From positions 9,982,001 to 10,046,000 of the forward strand of contig OZ024748.1 in assembly GCA_964016885.1 (NCBI GenBank): 64,000 nucleotides of DNA, read 5' to 3'. The stretch comes from Eledone cirrhosa (Eukaryota). Below are positions 40,711 through 53,137 of this stretch, one piece after another; positions within the stretch are counted from its first letter, which is position 1; each line of letters starts with the position of its first letter. The translations under genes and the position numbers were made by a program. The notes under the pieces are model-generated. The model was not told where the DNA came from, made no database searches, and worked only from the letters and a program-made list of their open reading frames with translations.

Positions 40711-41667
40711 ATGCAAATGATGAACATGAACGAATCATTCTTTTCTGAATATGGAAACTTTAGCAATGTGACTATTATGAATGATACAGTATTGGTAGCT
40801 GAAACAGTTTCCTATGTATGGAAAGACATCCTTTCTTGCGTTTCTGCGGCCATTTTACTTTTGGTTAACGGATTTCTATTGTGCATTGTTAACGGAGATA
40901 AACATTCTTACAGGAAGTCTTATTCGTTACCGCTACTGAACTATCTACTTAACCACACTTTGTTTGGATTATTCTATTATTTCTATCAGGTACACATTAA
41001 CATCTACAGCAATGTGTCGCCTACTAGCTGCGTTTTCATCTTGACAATATACACCGTGTTAAATTTGGGAACTATTTGTTTCATGGTGCCGATCTGCCTG
41101 GACGTTATCGTGCAATACTTCAAACCGAACTTACACGCAAAACAACCATTCCTCACATTTCAAGCAATTTCTATAGCTGTCATCTGGGCCATTCTCTTCA
41201 GCCAAACAATCACCATTAACGTGGGACAGTCGATAAAAGATCTCAATTTCTGTGTTCTCTACGTACCCATCTATCTTGTGTGGTACCAAATAGGATTCGC
41301 ACTTTTCTTTGATTGTCTTCTTATAACATGCGTCATGATACAGCTGTATATAGCAGCCAGGCGAGATGAATCACTAACGCAGACGTTTAATACTTTGGCT
41401 GCACCAACAACGATAGCCCTCTTCCTGGCGATTTTCAACACAATCTCTATATCATCACTCATTATTATGGCTATGTATATTCACTCAAATCTCTTTCATA
41501 TGTATGATGTCATTGAAATTATACGCGTGAATTGCAGTATTTTCATATCTCTGTTGTGGCTTTGTGATTCTACCATACGGCAGAGTATACGGAAGAAATT
41601 TACGAAAACAAATCCGAAAGAGGAAGACATGGAAGACGAATTTAGCTTCAATTCAGAAGAAATCTAA
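40711..41667 (+). CDS. Divergent class A-like 7TM receptor, 318 aa
   Basis: Four N-terminal N-glycosylation sequons, seven TM segments, LLNY, TSC, PICLDVIVQYFKPN, LWLCDSTIRQSIR. Start Met uncertain (several in frame). Confidence 0.88.
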   Translation: MQMMNMNESFFSEYGNFSNVTIMNDTVLVAETVSYVWKDILSCVSAAILLLVNGFLLCIVNGDKHSYRKSYSLPLLNYLLNHTLFGLFYYFYQVHINIYSNVSPTSCVFILTIYTVLNLGTICFMVPICLDVIVQYFKPNLHAKQPFLTFQAISIAVIWAILFSQTITINVGQSIKDLNFCVLYVPIYLVWYQIGFALFFDCLLITCVMIQLYIAARRDESLTQTFNTLAAPTTIALFLAIFNTISISSLIIMAMYIHSNLFHMYDVIEIIRVNCSIFISLLWLCDSTIRQSIRKKFTKTNPKEEDMEDEFSFNSEEI

Positions 41668-41783
41668 TACTCTGTATATCACACATTGATGTTTACCTAT
41701 GTATCTACGAATGTATGTATGTATGTATGTATGTATGTATGTATGTATGTATGTATGTATGTATGTATGTATGTATGTATGTA

Positions 41784-41816
<33 letters not shown>

Positions 41817-42164
41817 ATGTATGTATGTATGTATGTATGTATGTATGTATGTATGTATGTATCTATGTATGTATGTATGTATGTGTGTGTATGTATGTGT
41901 GTGTATGTATGTATATATCTACGAATGTATGTATATGTATGTATGTATGTATCTACGAATGTATGTATGTATCTATCTATGAATGTGTATGTATGTATGT
42001 ATTTTTTATCGTGCAATGGCCATACTCTATAACGAGGGGGCAGCCATCATGTATGTATGTATATATGTATGTATATATGTATGTATGTGTATGTTTATAA
42101 ATGTATGTATGTATGTATGTATGTATGTATGTATGTATGTATGTATGTATGTATGTATGTATAT

Positions 42165-42775
42165 AAAGGGTTGAAGAACTCATAAGAGTCAACGTCCATC
42201 CCAAAGTGTGTAAATATGTATATACACACGTACATATGTATGTATATGCACGGGGACATAGAAATAGTCAGACTGATCACCCGATCGCGCAGTTAAACCT
42301 CTGGGAGTGAAGGACTCCTAGCCTTTGTCAGGGCATTCTTCTAGGAGAAGGCAACTTAGGAAACTGGGATAACTCCAACATAAAACCTGCGGCTCAGTAG
42401 TTACTGATGATGTTGATCTTTTCTTCTTTTCGTGTTATAGCTACTATCGCTCAGAGAGTGGGATTGGCTCAGTGCACAGTCTTTCTACTGTCGCTCAGAG
42501 AGTGGGATTTGCTCAGTGCACAGTCTTTCTACTGTCGCCCAGAGAGTGGGATTGGCTCAGTGCACAGTCTTTCTACTGTCACTCAGAGAGTGGGATTGGC
42601 TCAGTGCACAGTCTTTCTACTGTCACTCAGAGAGTGGGATTGGCTCAGTGCACAGTCTTTCCTCATTTTAAAAACAATCTTCACGCACGGGATTGCACGA
42701 TAGAAGTTATTAATAATTATTAATAATGGTATATCGTGCAATGGTCATACTCGATAACGAGGGGGCAGCTATCAT
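42165..42775 (+). mobile_element. Non-autonomous RTE derivative with 45-bp internal tandem repeat x5
   Basis: ctaggagaaggcaact 5'UTR-like motif, repeats 42441-42661, tail tggtcatactcgataacgagggggcagctatcat homologous to the RTE tail. Confidence 0.65.
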
Positions 42776-42779
42776 GCAC

Positions 42780-42810
<31 letters not shown>

Positions 42811-43260
42811 TGTATGTATGTATGTATGTATGTATGTATGTATGTATGTATGTATGTATTATGTATGAATGTATATATGTATACATATATGTATGTTCAT
42901 CTGGTTTTATAATTTCACAAATGTTTACCAATAGAGAGGGAGTCGGTTTCTAACATAGACACAGGACTCTCTCATTGGAATTTATACATCAACTAGGTAG
43001 ATTATGTATGCATGCTTGCATGTGTAGATATGGATGTTATTGTATGTGTGCATGTGTATTTGCTTTCTATCTGTACATGTGTATATGCAGTTATTTCTGT
43101 TCATATAGCCAATGGCGGGATTGTTTTTTGCCATTTTATAACAATTAAATAAACCGTCATTAAGTTCGCAGCTCAAAGAGAAATGCGATTTATAATTTAT
43201 GTATGTATGCATACATGTATGTATGTATACATGTATGTATGTATACATGTAGGTATGTCA

Positions 43261-43867
43261 GGTCACCACTTGGTGCTACTGGTAACATGTATCCCAGTAC
43301 AACCTGTCACATGGTCGGGTCGTTGGCGACTAAACTGGCAACCCCACCAAGGTTTCTTGGTGAGGAGGGTGACTTTGGACATCCTGCAGGACTAAAAACA
43401 AAACCTGTCAAAGGGCAAAGGAGCTCTTAAGAGTCAATGGCCATCCAAAATCACCGGGAGAGATGACCCCTTAGCCTTTGTCAAGGCAGAATTCTAGGAG
43501 AAGGAAAACTCTGATATAACACCTGCAACCCTGATGGTATCCAATGATGTTGACTTGTTCTTCTTTTTGGTAAATATCATCTTGGTTAAGAGAGTGGGAC
43601 TGGCTTTGTGCAGTGCCTTTGCTCACTATAAAAGCTTCACAGCACAGGCATTGCTTTATATCTGGAGATCTCTCTGCACTTGTCATCACATGGTACCATG
43701 GGCCCTGCACTATGTGTCAATAATGGTCACAAGTGTAGTCTTTGTACCAGAGTTTTCAAGTCGCTGGCTGGACTAAAAAGTCACATTCGTTCAGCGCATC
43801 GGTAGGGGTTCTCCTACATGGATATAAAGTAGTGGCCGTACTCGAAAACGAGTTGGCAGCCACCATA
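43261..43867 (+). mobile_element. Non-autonomous RTE derivative (5'UTR-like head fused to RTE 3' end); truncated copy 44770-45041
   Basis: ctaggagaaggaaaactctga motif; 43685-43867 nearly identical to 28285-28462. Confidence 0.75.
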
Positions 43868-44214
43868 CATATATGTATGTATGCATGTATTATGTATGTA
43901 TGTATATATGTATGTATACATATATGTATGTATACATGTATTATGTATGTATATATGTATGTATACATATATGTATGTATACATGTATTATGTATGTATA
44001 TATGTATGTATACATATATGTATGTATACATGTATTATGTATGTAAATGTATATATGTATGTATACATATATGTATGTATGTATACATGTATTATGTATG
44101 TATATATATGTATGTGTATGTATACAGGTATTATGTATGTATGTATGTATGTATGTATGTATGTATATATGAATGTATACATATATGTTATCTCTTTCTC
44201 TTAATTTCGAGTAT

Positions 44215-44677
44215 ATTTTTTTGACCGGCCACCTTCCTGGTGGCAAGGTTGTAAAAGAAAAGAAATTGTCATCCCTTGAATCGCAAGAATGTTTTGCAAA
44301 TTTTGAAGGTGCCAGCTATCGCAGCCATTTGTAGACTATGAATTAGGGAGCTGCGCTCTTTGTCCGCAAATCCAAGTTCAGTCATACTTTAGTCCAAGCG
44401 GGTTGGTATATAACCCGTAGCTCCAATAATGATGGGTATGAAGCTAAAGGTGTATCTTGGATACTGGATTTGTAAACTCCTCATCAATGGTCCGTAGATG
44501 TCCTCCTTCTCCTGTATTTTTCTGACAACGTTTACATCAAGTGGGCAGCTGATCTCCACAACAGAACACGTTTTCAATGTGTGGTTCCAAACAACAATAT
44601 CAGGCCGGTTGTGCTTTAATTTGGTGGCAGTTTTTATTTTCAGGTTCCACCAGTATTCCTTAGTGCCATCTGTCTCA

Positions 44678-44678
<1 letters not shown>
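44215..44678 (-). mobile_element. R4/Dong-like non-LTR retrotransposon, restriction-like endonuclease fragment
   Basis: WWNLKIKT..KLKHNRPDIVV...VVEISCPLDVNV..K..EK...Y..L...PIIIGATG; bounded by ATGT microsatellites. Confidence 0.85.
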
Positions 44679-44708
<30 letters not shown>

Positions 44709-46399
44709 TGTATGTATGTATGTATGTATGTATGTATGTATGTATGTATGTATGTATGTATGTATGTATGTGGGACTGGTTTTGTGCAGTGCCTTTGCTC
44801 ACTATAAAAGCTTCACGGCACAGGCATTGCTTTATATCTCGAGATCTCTCTGCACTTGTCGTCACATGGTACCATGGGCCCAGCACTATGTGTCAATAAT
44901 TGTCACAAGTGTAGTGTTTGTACCAGAGTTTTCAAGTCGTTGGCTGGACTAAAAATCACACTCGTTCAGCGCATCGGTAGGGGTTCTCCTACATGGATAT
45001 AAAGTAGTGGCCGTACTCGAAAACGAGTTGGCATCCACCATGTATATATGTATGTATGTATGTATGTATGTACGTATCTACGTTTGTATGTATGTATTTT
45101 CTACTGGTTTTCTTTCATCCTGACGGGGTCGATAAAATGAAGTAACAGTAATGTACTGGGTCAATTAATCGACTGTCCCTTACCCTAAAATTGTTGGCCT
45201 TGTATCTATTTTCAGAAACCATTTAAAAATATTTTTACCAATAGAGAGAGAGAGTCAGCTTCTAAAGGTTGTAATTTAGACAACATGAACATGTACGTAT
45301 GTATATATGTGTGTGTGAGTGTGTATGTGTGTATGTATATATATATGTATATATATATATGTACGTGTGTGTGAGTGTGTGTTTCTGTTTATATATGTGC
45401 GTGAGTGTGTGTGTGTGTGTATATATATGTCGTTTCTGAATTTGTTTAGCAAGATTCTTTATCTGAAATTTATAAATATATAATAAATTGAAGTGAAAGC
45501 AACTGGTGCGTGTGTTTCTTATTGGCAACATGACCCTCCCAAAGTATAACAATATATATATATGTATATATATATATGTACGTGTGTGTGAGTGTGTGTT
45601 TCTGTTTATATATGTGCGTGAGTGTGTGTGTGTGTGTATATATATGTGAGTGTGTGTGTGTGCATGTGTATATATATATATATGTGCGTGCGTGTGTGCT
45701 TGTCTGTGTGTATATATATATATGTGTGTGTGTGAGTGTGTGTTTGTGTTTATATATGTGCGTGAGTGTGTGTGTGTGTGAATATGTGCGTGTGTGTGTG
45801 TATGTATATATATATATATGTATGTATATATGTGCGTGCGTGTGTGTATGTGTATATATATGTGCGTGTGTGTATGTGTATATATATATGCGTGCGTGTG
45901 TGCTAGTATGTGTAATATATATGTGCCTGCGCGTTGGTGTGTGTGTGTATGTGTGTATATATATATATGTATATATGCGTGTGTGTGTATGTATATATAT
46001 ATGTGCATGTGTATGTATGTGTATGTATGTGCGTGAGTGTGTGTGTTTGTATGTGTATATATATGTGCATGTGTGTATGTGTATATATATGTGCGTATGT
46101 GAATGTGTATATATATATATGTATGTGTGTGTGTATGTGTATATATATGTGCGTGCGCGTTTATGTGTGTATGTGTATATATATATGCGTGTGTGTGTGT
46201 ATGTGTATATATGTGCGTGTATGTGTGTGTATGTGTATATATATGTGCGTGCGTGTGTGTTTGTATCTGTATATATATGTGCGTGCGCGTGCGTGTGTTT
46301 GTGTGTATATATATATATGTGCGTGGGCGTGTGTGTGAAGGAATGGGTGTTATTGCATGTGTGGATCTGTATATTTTGAGTTATATGTGGACACGTATA

Positions 46400-46630
46400 C
46401 AGTGAGGATGAAAAACTCAGGGCTGTATGGGAGCCTCCCAAAAGTCAGCTTAAAAGTGACACAGAGGAGACTGGGGTTAGCTGGACATGCTCACCGACAT
46501 CCAGAGTTGACACTGCACTCAGTGCTCCTGTGGGAGCCCCTACATGGACACACTGGAAGAGGAAGACCAAGGATAACGTATGTTGTTGCCCTAAGGACAG
46601 ACACTGGTCTGTTGGAGACGCAGGACACAA
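46400..46630 (+). mobile_element. RTE/RTEX-like LINE 3' fragment
   Basis: LYGSLPKVS.KV.QRRL.LAGH..RHPE...LLWEP.HG...RGRP; same family as 56172-56650. Confidence 0.75.
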
Positions 46631-46975
46631 CCCGTCTACCGACAACCCACTACCCCCACACCACAGCCCATCCCAGTCAGCGACCGTCACCAACATCTTA
46701 TCATCACATCCACCACCATATACACTACAGGCCAGTACATCCCTTTGATCCTTCCCACCAATCAAAACAACTCATATTGTCAAACTCTTGAACTTCTGTC
46801 TTTACCACATAGCTGTATTTCATTTCCTTATAGCATTTTAAAGGCTCCGTCGAACTGCCGTCATTGAGTCGGGTAGGATCGATACAGATCGAACCATGAG
46901 CTGATCAGTGGCGAAACGCGCGTCACCTACCAATAAATGAAATGAAGGAGTAACCAATCGTCCTTGTTATCCTTT

Positions 46976-47101
<126 letters not shown>

Positions 47102-47346
47102 GATAATAATTATAATAATAAATACAATATAATAATAAAAAAGTGTCTCGTTTTCTTTTTGCCATTTTTTCTGTATCTTTTGAAAAACAACTGACAGATT
47201 ACTCAATCCCAAGGACGAATTGTGGTATAGTTATCTATAACACCAGAACATTATTCTCCGAATACACGCGTTTCGTTGACAAAGTCAATGATGAAACACA
47301 TGTATCCGGAAGCATGATTCGCTAGTGTTATAAATTTGATTTGTTA

Positions 47347-47395
<49 letters not shown>

Positions 47396-48319
47396 ACTTT
47401 CAAGCGTGAACCTAATACCGACACTGTTCATACTGAACTCCTCTTTTTTTTGTTTTTTTTTGTTCCTTGCCAATATATATATACATACACACACATACAT
47501 ATATATATCAGGATAAAGGTGATAAACACCAGGAAAGGTTTGGATTTAAGGCTTCCAATAATCCTCCAAGCTTCCCAGCTTTATTATCTTTCAAAAAGGA
47601 TGTACTTATGTAGAATATCAAACTTATTTAGAAAGGGAAGCAACTCCTTCTAACAAGGTTTGAAGAATAGATTCTAATCCGTCCATGTTCACTCCCATAA
47701 AACCGGTAACCTATACCAAGTCGTGAGAATACCTACCAGCAATTGCTACATAATACTGTGATAAAAAATTACCGGGACATTCATCAGTGTTATTAATGAC
47801 ATCAACAACGTTGCTATAAAAATCACGTGGGAACTAAATAGCCAGGACCGGACTGAACCCCTAGAATCTTTTACTCCTCATTTTACTCTGAACGATCATA
47901 AACCAAATTTCATTTTTACTTTTTGCTTTTATTTTGTTGCGAAGAATTTTCAGCCGAACATTCGGTTTGAGAAATACATTAAAGTTACACGTGTCTGTAG
48001 AATACTCAACCACTTACACATTAATTCACGAAACAGAAGTTTTGTTGATAGAACAAGTAAATGATTATCGTCGTAACTGACGGAGAAGACACCGTTTTTA
48101 CAGTAAAAACATTTGACACTCTTAAACAAACACCAATTTTACAGTAAAATTATCTCCAGATAGCTTATAACTATGAATTGAAATTGGGTCTTGTGATTAA
48201 AACAAATGAATTCAGGATTGATTGAAAATGTCTTGAATATTCTTAAACAAACGAGTTCATCATTTCTTTAATTGAAATCTGTCTCCTTTTCAGGTTTCAA
48301 GCAATATTGACCAAGCAAA

Positions 48320-49225
48320 ATGGAAGTCGATGAACTACCTTACGACTATGTCTACAATTACACAGATATCCCACCACTATCAACATTGCATTGGGCAAAT
48401 ATTTTTGCTCCTGTTTTGGCAGTCGTAATTTTCCTGTTCAACGTAATCTTAATGGTCGCCATTTTCCTAGATCGTAGAGCCTATGAGAAAACACGACTTT
48501 TCTTACTATTGAACTATTGGTTTAATTACCCAATGTTTGCCATCTACTTTTATTTCCACAACGTACATCTTTATTTATTCCAAGATTTCCCTCAATCTAG
48601 CTGCGTATTTATTATTACCTCGTATTCTGTCTTTGACGATGGTACTTCATATTTCATACTGCCGTTGTGCCTGGATTTTGTTGTGAAATACTTTAAACCG
48701 AACAAATATGAAAGCCAAAGATTTCTGCACATCCAGTACATACTAACATTTGTTTTGTGGGCCTTTATTTGGATCAAAAACTTAATAATCTTTCTAGCTC
48801 TCTCAAGCTTTGGCACCAATGGCTGCTATTTTTACATGTATACAAATTCATTCTGGATTCATTATATAGCAACAATTCTGTTAGTTATAGCAATGGTAGT
48901 GTTCTTAGGCTTGTTGATTTATATTGCAGTGAAGGGTAAAGAGCGTGGCTTGACGAAATCACCATTGATAACTTTGATCGTTATTGTCACTGTCACCATC
49001 CTCTCATCCGTACCAAAAAACATTATTTGGGCTGCAATGAATACAGGAATGGACTCTATTTCATATATTGCATATTCTTCATTAAATATGATAAGATTTC
49101 TGGTGGTGCCGTTTTTGTTCCTTCCTGATGCCACTATAAGACAAAGTCTTCGGAAGTTATGTTTATGCAAATATAAAAGGCCAAGAGAGCCTCCATCTCA
49201 TGAGTTGTCAACTGAAGTAAATTAA
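48320..49225 (+). CDS. Divergent 7TM receptor, array member A, 301 aa
   Basis: Intact ORF, seven TM segments, QSSC/GCY cysteine pair, PLCLDFVVKYFKPN, PFLFLPDATIRQS, CLC tail; acceptor ends 48293. Confidence 0.9.
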   Translation: MEVDELPYDYVYNYTDIPPLSTLHWANIFAPVLAVVIFLFNVILMVAIFLDRRAYEKTRLFLLLNYWFNYPMFAIYFYFHNVHLYLFQDFPQSSCVFIITSYSVFDDGTSYFILPLCLDFVVKYFKPNKYESQRFLHIQYILTFVLWAFIWIKNLIIFLALSSFGTNGCYFYMYTNSFWIHYIATILLVIAMVVFLGLLIYIAVKGKERGLTKSPLITLIVIVTVTILSSVPKNIIWAAMNTGMDSISYIAYSSLNMIRFLVVPFLFLPDATIRQSLRKLCLCKYKRPREPPSHELSTEVN

Positions 49226-49921
49226 TATTTATATGGTGCAATAGAAAATATATAAACACCAACAATTATATCAGCTTATGTAATACTATAAATTGGTCTA
49301 TAGGGAAGATTGTGCTGTAATACATCACTACATAACCATCATGTAACCTTTTGTCATATATATATATATATCTTTTATATACATATATATGTAATGAATA
49401 AAGAATGAATAAATACATAACCAAGGTTTAATATATTATTTACATAATTTACACATGTTTCATTCAAATACCGAAGGAGGTAGCATCCTATTCCCCTGTA
49501 TGGAATTCATCAGAATCTTTAGACAATATAATACTGTAAAACCTGTTGTCCGCCGCTCTCCCGATACTACCAAACCACCGCCCTAACAACTAGTCACTCA
49601 TTCGGATTGAGAATACATTAAAGTTATACGCGTCTATGGAATACTCAACCACTTACACATTAATTCACGAAATAGAGGTTTTGTTGATAGAACAAGTAAA
49701 TGATCATCGTCGTAAGCGACGGAGAAGACAAACACCATTTTTACAGTAAAATTATCTCCAGATAGCTTATAACTATGAATTGAAATTGGGTCTTGTGATT
49801 AAAACAAATGGATTCAGGATTGATTGAAACTGTCTTGAATATTCTTAAACAAACGAGTTCATCATTTCTTTAATTGAAATCTGTCTCCTTTTCAGGTTTC
49901 AAGCAATATTGACCAAGCAAA

Positions 49922-50827
49922 ATGGAAGTCGATGAACTACCTTACGACTATGTCTACAATTACACAGATATCCCACCACTATCAACATTGCATTGGACAA
50001 ATATTTTTGCTCTTGTTTCGGCCATCGTAATTTTCCTGTTCAACGCAATCTTAATGGTCGCCATTTTCCTAGATCGTAGAGCCTATGAGAAAACACGACC
50101 TTTCTTACTATTGAACTATTTGTTTAACTACACAATGTTTGCCATCTTCTTTTATTTCCACAACGTACATCTTTATTTATTCCACGATTTGCCTCAATCT
50201 AGCTGCTTATTTATTATTATTATGACTTGCGTTACCAATGAAGGTTCTCTATATTTCATATTTCCTATTTGCCTGGATTTTGTTGTGAAATACTTTAAAC
50301 CGAACACATATGAGAGCCAAAGATTTCTGCGTACCCAATTCATACTGACGTTTGCTTTGTGGGCATTTATTTGGATCAAAGAATTGATAGTGATTCTAGC
50401 TCTATCAAACAACGGCACTTTGGAATGTTATATTCACTTTTATTTTGTTACCTTGTATATCGTTTTAGCTCTTACAATTCTGTTAGTTATAGTAATGATA
50501 GTGTTCTTAGGCTTGTTGATTTATATTGCAGTGAAGGGTAAAGAGCGTGGCTTGACGAAATCACCATTGATAACTTTGATCGTTATTGTCACTGTCACCA
50601 TCGTCTTATACCTACCAGAAAACATAATTTGGGTTGGATTGCATTGGCAACTAATTAGTATTATGTTTTACCACCATTTTTTATTTCATATGATAAGATT
50701 TCTGGTGGTGCCTTTTTTGTTCCTTCCTGACGCCACTATAAGGCAAAGTCTTCGGAAGTTATGTTTATGCAAATGTAAAAGGCCAAGAGAGCCTCCATCT
50801 CATGAGTTGTCAACTGAAGTAAATTAA
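49922..50827 (+). CDS. Divergent 7TM receptor, array member B, 301 aa (recent duplicate of A)
   Basis: Colinear with A; duplicated unit about 47959-49370 vs 49599-50970; acceptor ends 49895. Confidence 0.9.
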   Translation: MEVDELPYDYVYNYTDIPPLSTLHWTNIFALVSAIVIFLFNAILMVAIFLDRRAYEKTRPFLLLNYLFNYTMFAIFFYFHNVHLYLFHDLPQSSCLFIIIMTCVTNEGSLYFIFPICLDFVVKYFKPNTYESQRFLRTQFILTFALWAFIWIKELIVILALSNNGTLECYIHFYFVTLYIVLALTILLVIVMIVFLGLLIYIAVKGKERGLTKSPLITLIVIVTVTIVLYLPENIIWVGLHWQLISIMFYHHFLFHMIRFLVVPFLFLPDATIRQSLRKLCLCKCKRPREPPSHELSTEVN

Positions 50828-52039
50828 TATTTATATGGTGCAATAGAAAATATTTAAACATTAACAATTATATCAGCTTATGTAATACTATAAATTGGTC
50901 TATAGGGAAGATTGTGCTGTAATACATCACTACATAACCATCATGTAACCTTTTGTCATATATATATATGTACTTTATAAACAACGTTCAAAGAGTGTTT
51001 AGAACATTTAATCACTTACGATTGTTTCATCCTAGCACAAGGTCGATATCATCGGAGTACATAATAAAGGTTAAAACAGAAGTTTGTCATAAGAACATTT
51101 TGAGGATACATAACACCAACAATTATATCAGTTTATGTAGATCAGAACATTTTTTTTGTTGTTTTTTTTCAAGAGAAAGGAAGAGAGATCGAGAGCGTGT
51201 GAAAGAGATATAGGAAAGAATTACCCCATTTTCTCCCAATACTGGACTGTTACGTTATTTGTCGACCTCGAAAGGATGGAAGGCAAAGTTGACCTCGGCA
51301 GGATTCCTACATAGAAATTCGAAACAAAAACTGATTTTGGAACGACTCTGCTAATTCGTCACCTACATACATGTCTAGTACATTTTTTATCGATCTTAGA
51401 CGGATTAAAATGAAAGTTGGCCAGGAAAGAATTTGAAATTAGAACGTTGGGGGCGTATTAACATACGCCAGGCTATCTTGTTCGATGCTCAACTGATTCT
51501 GTTATTCACAATCAATATAATTATTAATGGGATTCCTTGTGTCTATCGACCACAATACTTGACTGATGCATATTATAAGCAACTCCCCAAAAATTGAAAG
51601 GCGAAGTTGTGACATGAATACATTTCCTAAGGGTATTAACAATGTATGTGTTGTGAAATGATTTCCATCAATAATTGTTTCTACCTTTTGGCACAAGGCT
51701 AGCAATTACCCCCAGTGCATTACTGGTACTTTATTTTATCGACTCCGTAAGGATGAAAGGCAAAGTTAACCTCGGCGGGATTTGAAATCAGAACGTAAAG
51801 GGCCATAACTCTATATTACAAAGCATGGTGTCTGACGTTCTACCGATACTGCTAGACGACAGACAAGATGGAATGTCTTATCTGGTACCTGCGACTGCTT
51901 TACTTAAATAACTAATTTAAAAAAAAGATTTCAATAACTGTTGTTAGTTTATAAAGAAGAAACGATTTTATGTCTGCCATTTCTTCAATGTTTTTTTGTT
52001 GTATCCATTTCAGACTTGGGATAATTGTGACTAAGCAAC

Positions 52040-53119
52040 ATGAAAGATACAGAAGAGACTATTTATTATCACTTCGATTACAATTATGAAGGCCGTCGTT
52101 CAGTCTTCTCAGATGATCAATTTGGACGGTTGAATATGTTTATCTGTGTTTCGGTCATCATAGTTATCCTGTTCAGCCTATTTCTAATCATCGCCATTTT
52201 CCTAGATCGTAAATCACACGGGAAAACACGTTCATTGGCATTACTGAACTACATTCTCAACTATATTCTGCTGGCTCTGTTCCTATATTTCCGGAAAATC
52301 CATGTCTATATATTCCCAGGAATGCCACCATCTAACTGTCTCTTTATCTTTATTGTTATTTTAGTTGTTAGCGAAGGGACTCAATATTTCTTACTCGCTA
52401 TTTGCTTAGATTGTATCGTGAAATATTTTAATCGAAGCAAATATGAAAGCCTAAGTTTTTTCATTATTCAGATCGGAGTAACTGGGATATTATGGATCTT
52501 TATCTGGATGAAGGTGTTGGTAGTGGTGCTAGGTTTTTCAAATCATACTGCACATAGCTGCAAAGTTCATTTCCCTACTCATGTCCTGAATGCCAACTTT
52601 GCAATCGCAATTTTGTTGATTACTGTAATGTTAGTGTTTGTATGTCTATTGATTTACATTGCAACGAAGACTAAAGGACATGGGCAGATGAAATCACCAG
52701 TAATAACTTTGATTGTTATTGTTGTTCTCAACATAATTATTAGCCTTCAAAGCAACTTGTTTTCTATAGGACATTTGGAAATTGAAGCAAATATGAACAT
52801 TCGTTATCAGGTTATAAATACTGCCTGTTTCTTGGTTTTGCCGTTTTTATGGTTTTACGACGTTACTATAAAAGAAAGTATTGCGAGATTATGTTCATGT
52901 AAATGTGAAGAACCGACTGATCCTCCATCCCGCGAGTTAACTACTGAACTGAACTGTAGTGAAGAACCGACTGATCCTCCATCCCACGAGTTAACTACTG
53001 AACTGAACTGTAGTAAAGAACCGATTGACCCTCTATCCCACGAGTTATCTACTGAACTGAACTGTAGTAAAGAACCGACTGATCCTCTATCCCACGAGTT
53101 AATTACTGAACTGCAGTAA
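52040..53119 (+). CDS. Divergent 7TM receptor, array member C, 359 aa, repeat-extended tail
   Basis: AIFLDRK...LLNY, AICLDCIVKYF, KSPVITLIVIV, PFLWFYDVTIKES; acceptor ends 52013. Confidence 0.9.
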   Translation: MKDTEETIYYHFDYNYEGRRSVFSDDQFGRLNMFICVSVIIVILFSLFLIIAIFLDRKSHGKTRSLALLNYILNYILLALFLYFRKIHVYIFPGMPPSNCLFIFIVILVVSEGTQYFLLAICLDCIVKYFNRSKYESLSFFIIQIGVTGILWIFIWMKVLVVVLGFSNHTAHSCKVHFPTHVLNANFAIAILLITVMLVFVCLLIYIATKTKGHGQMKSPVITLIVIVVLNIIISLQSNLFSIGHLEIEANMNIRYQVINTACFLVLPFLWFYDVTIKESIARLCSCKCEEPTDPPSRELTTELNCSEEPTDPPSHELTTELNCSKEPIDPLSHELSTELNCSKEPTDPLSHELITELQ

Positions 53120-53137
53120 AGAACCGACAGATCCTCT
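52907..53137 (+). repeat. 54-bp in-frame tandem repeat x4 plus a partial copy
   Basis: Units at 52907, 52961, 53015, 53069 encoding (E/K)EP(T/I)DP(P/L)S(R/H)EL.TELNCS. Confidence 0.95.

Noticed and set aside
42441-42661. 45-bp repeats as a CRISPR array
   Set aside because: No spacers, eukaryotic context, inside an RTE derivative.
46890-46930. Hammerhead GCGAAACGCGCGTC
   Set aside because: Penelope-like palindromic loop present, but the CUGANGA box and stem I are disrupted; at most a relic.
48592-50541. Antisense and alternative-frame ORFs over the receptor genes
   Set aside because: Short shadow ORFs of the duplicated coding sequence.
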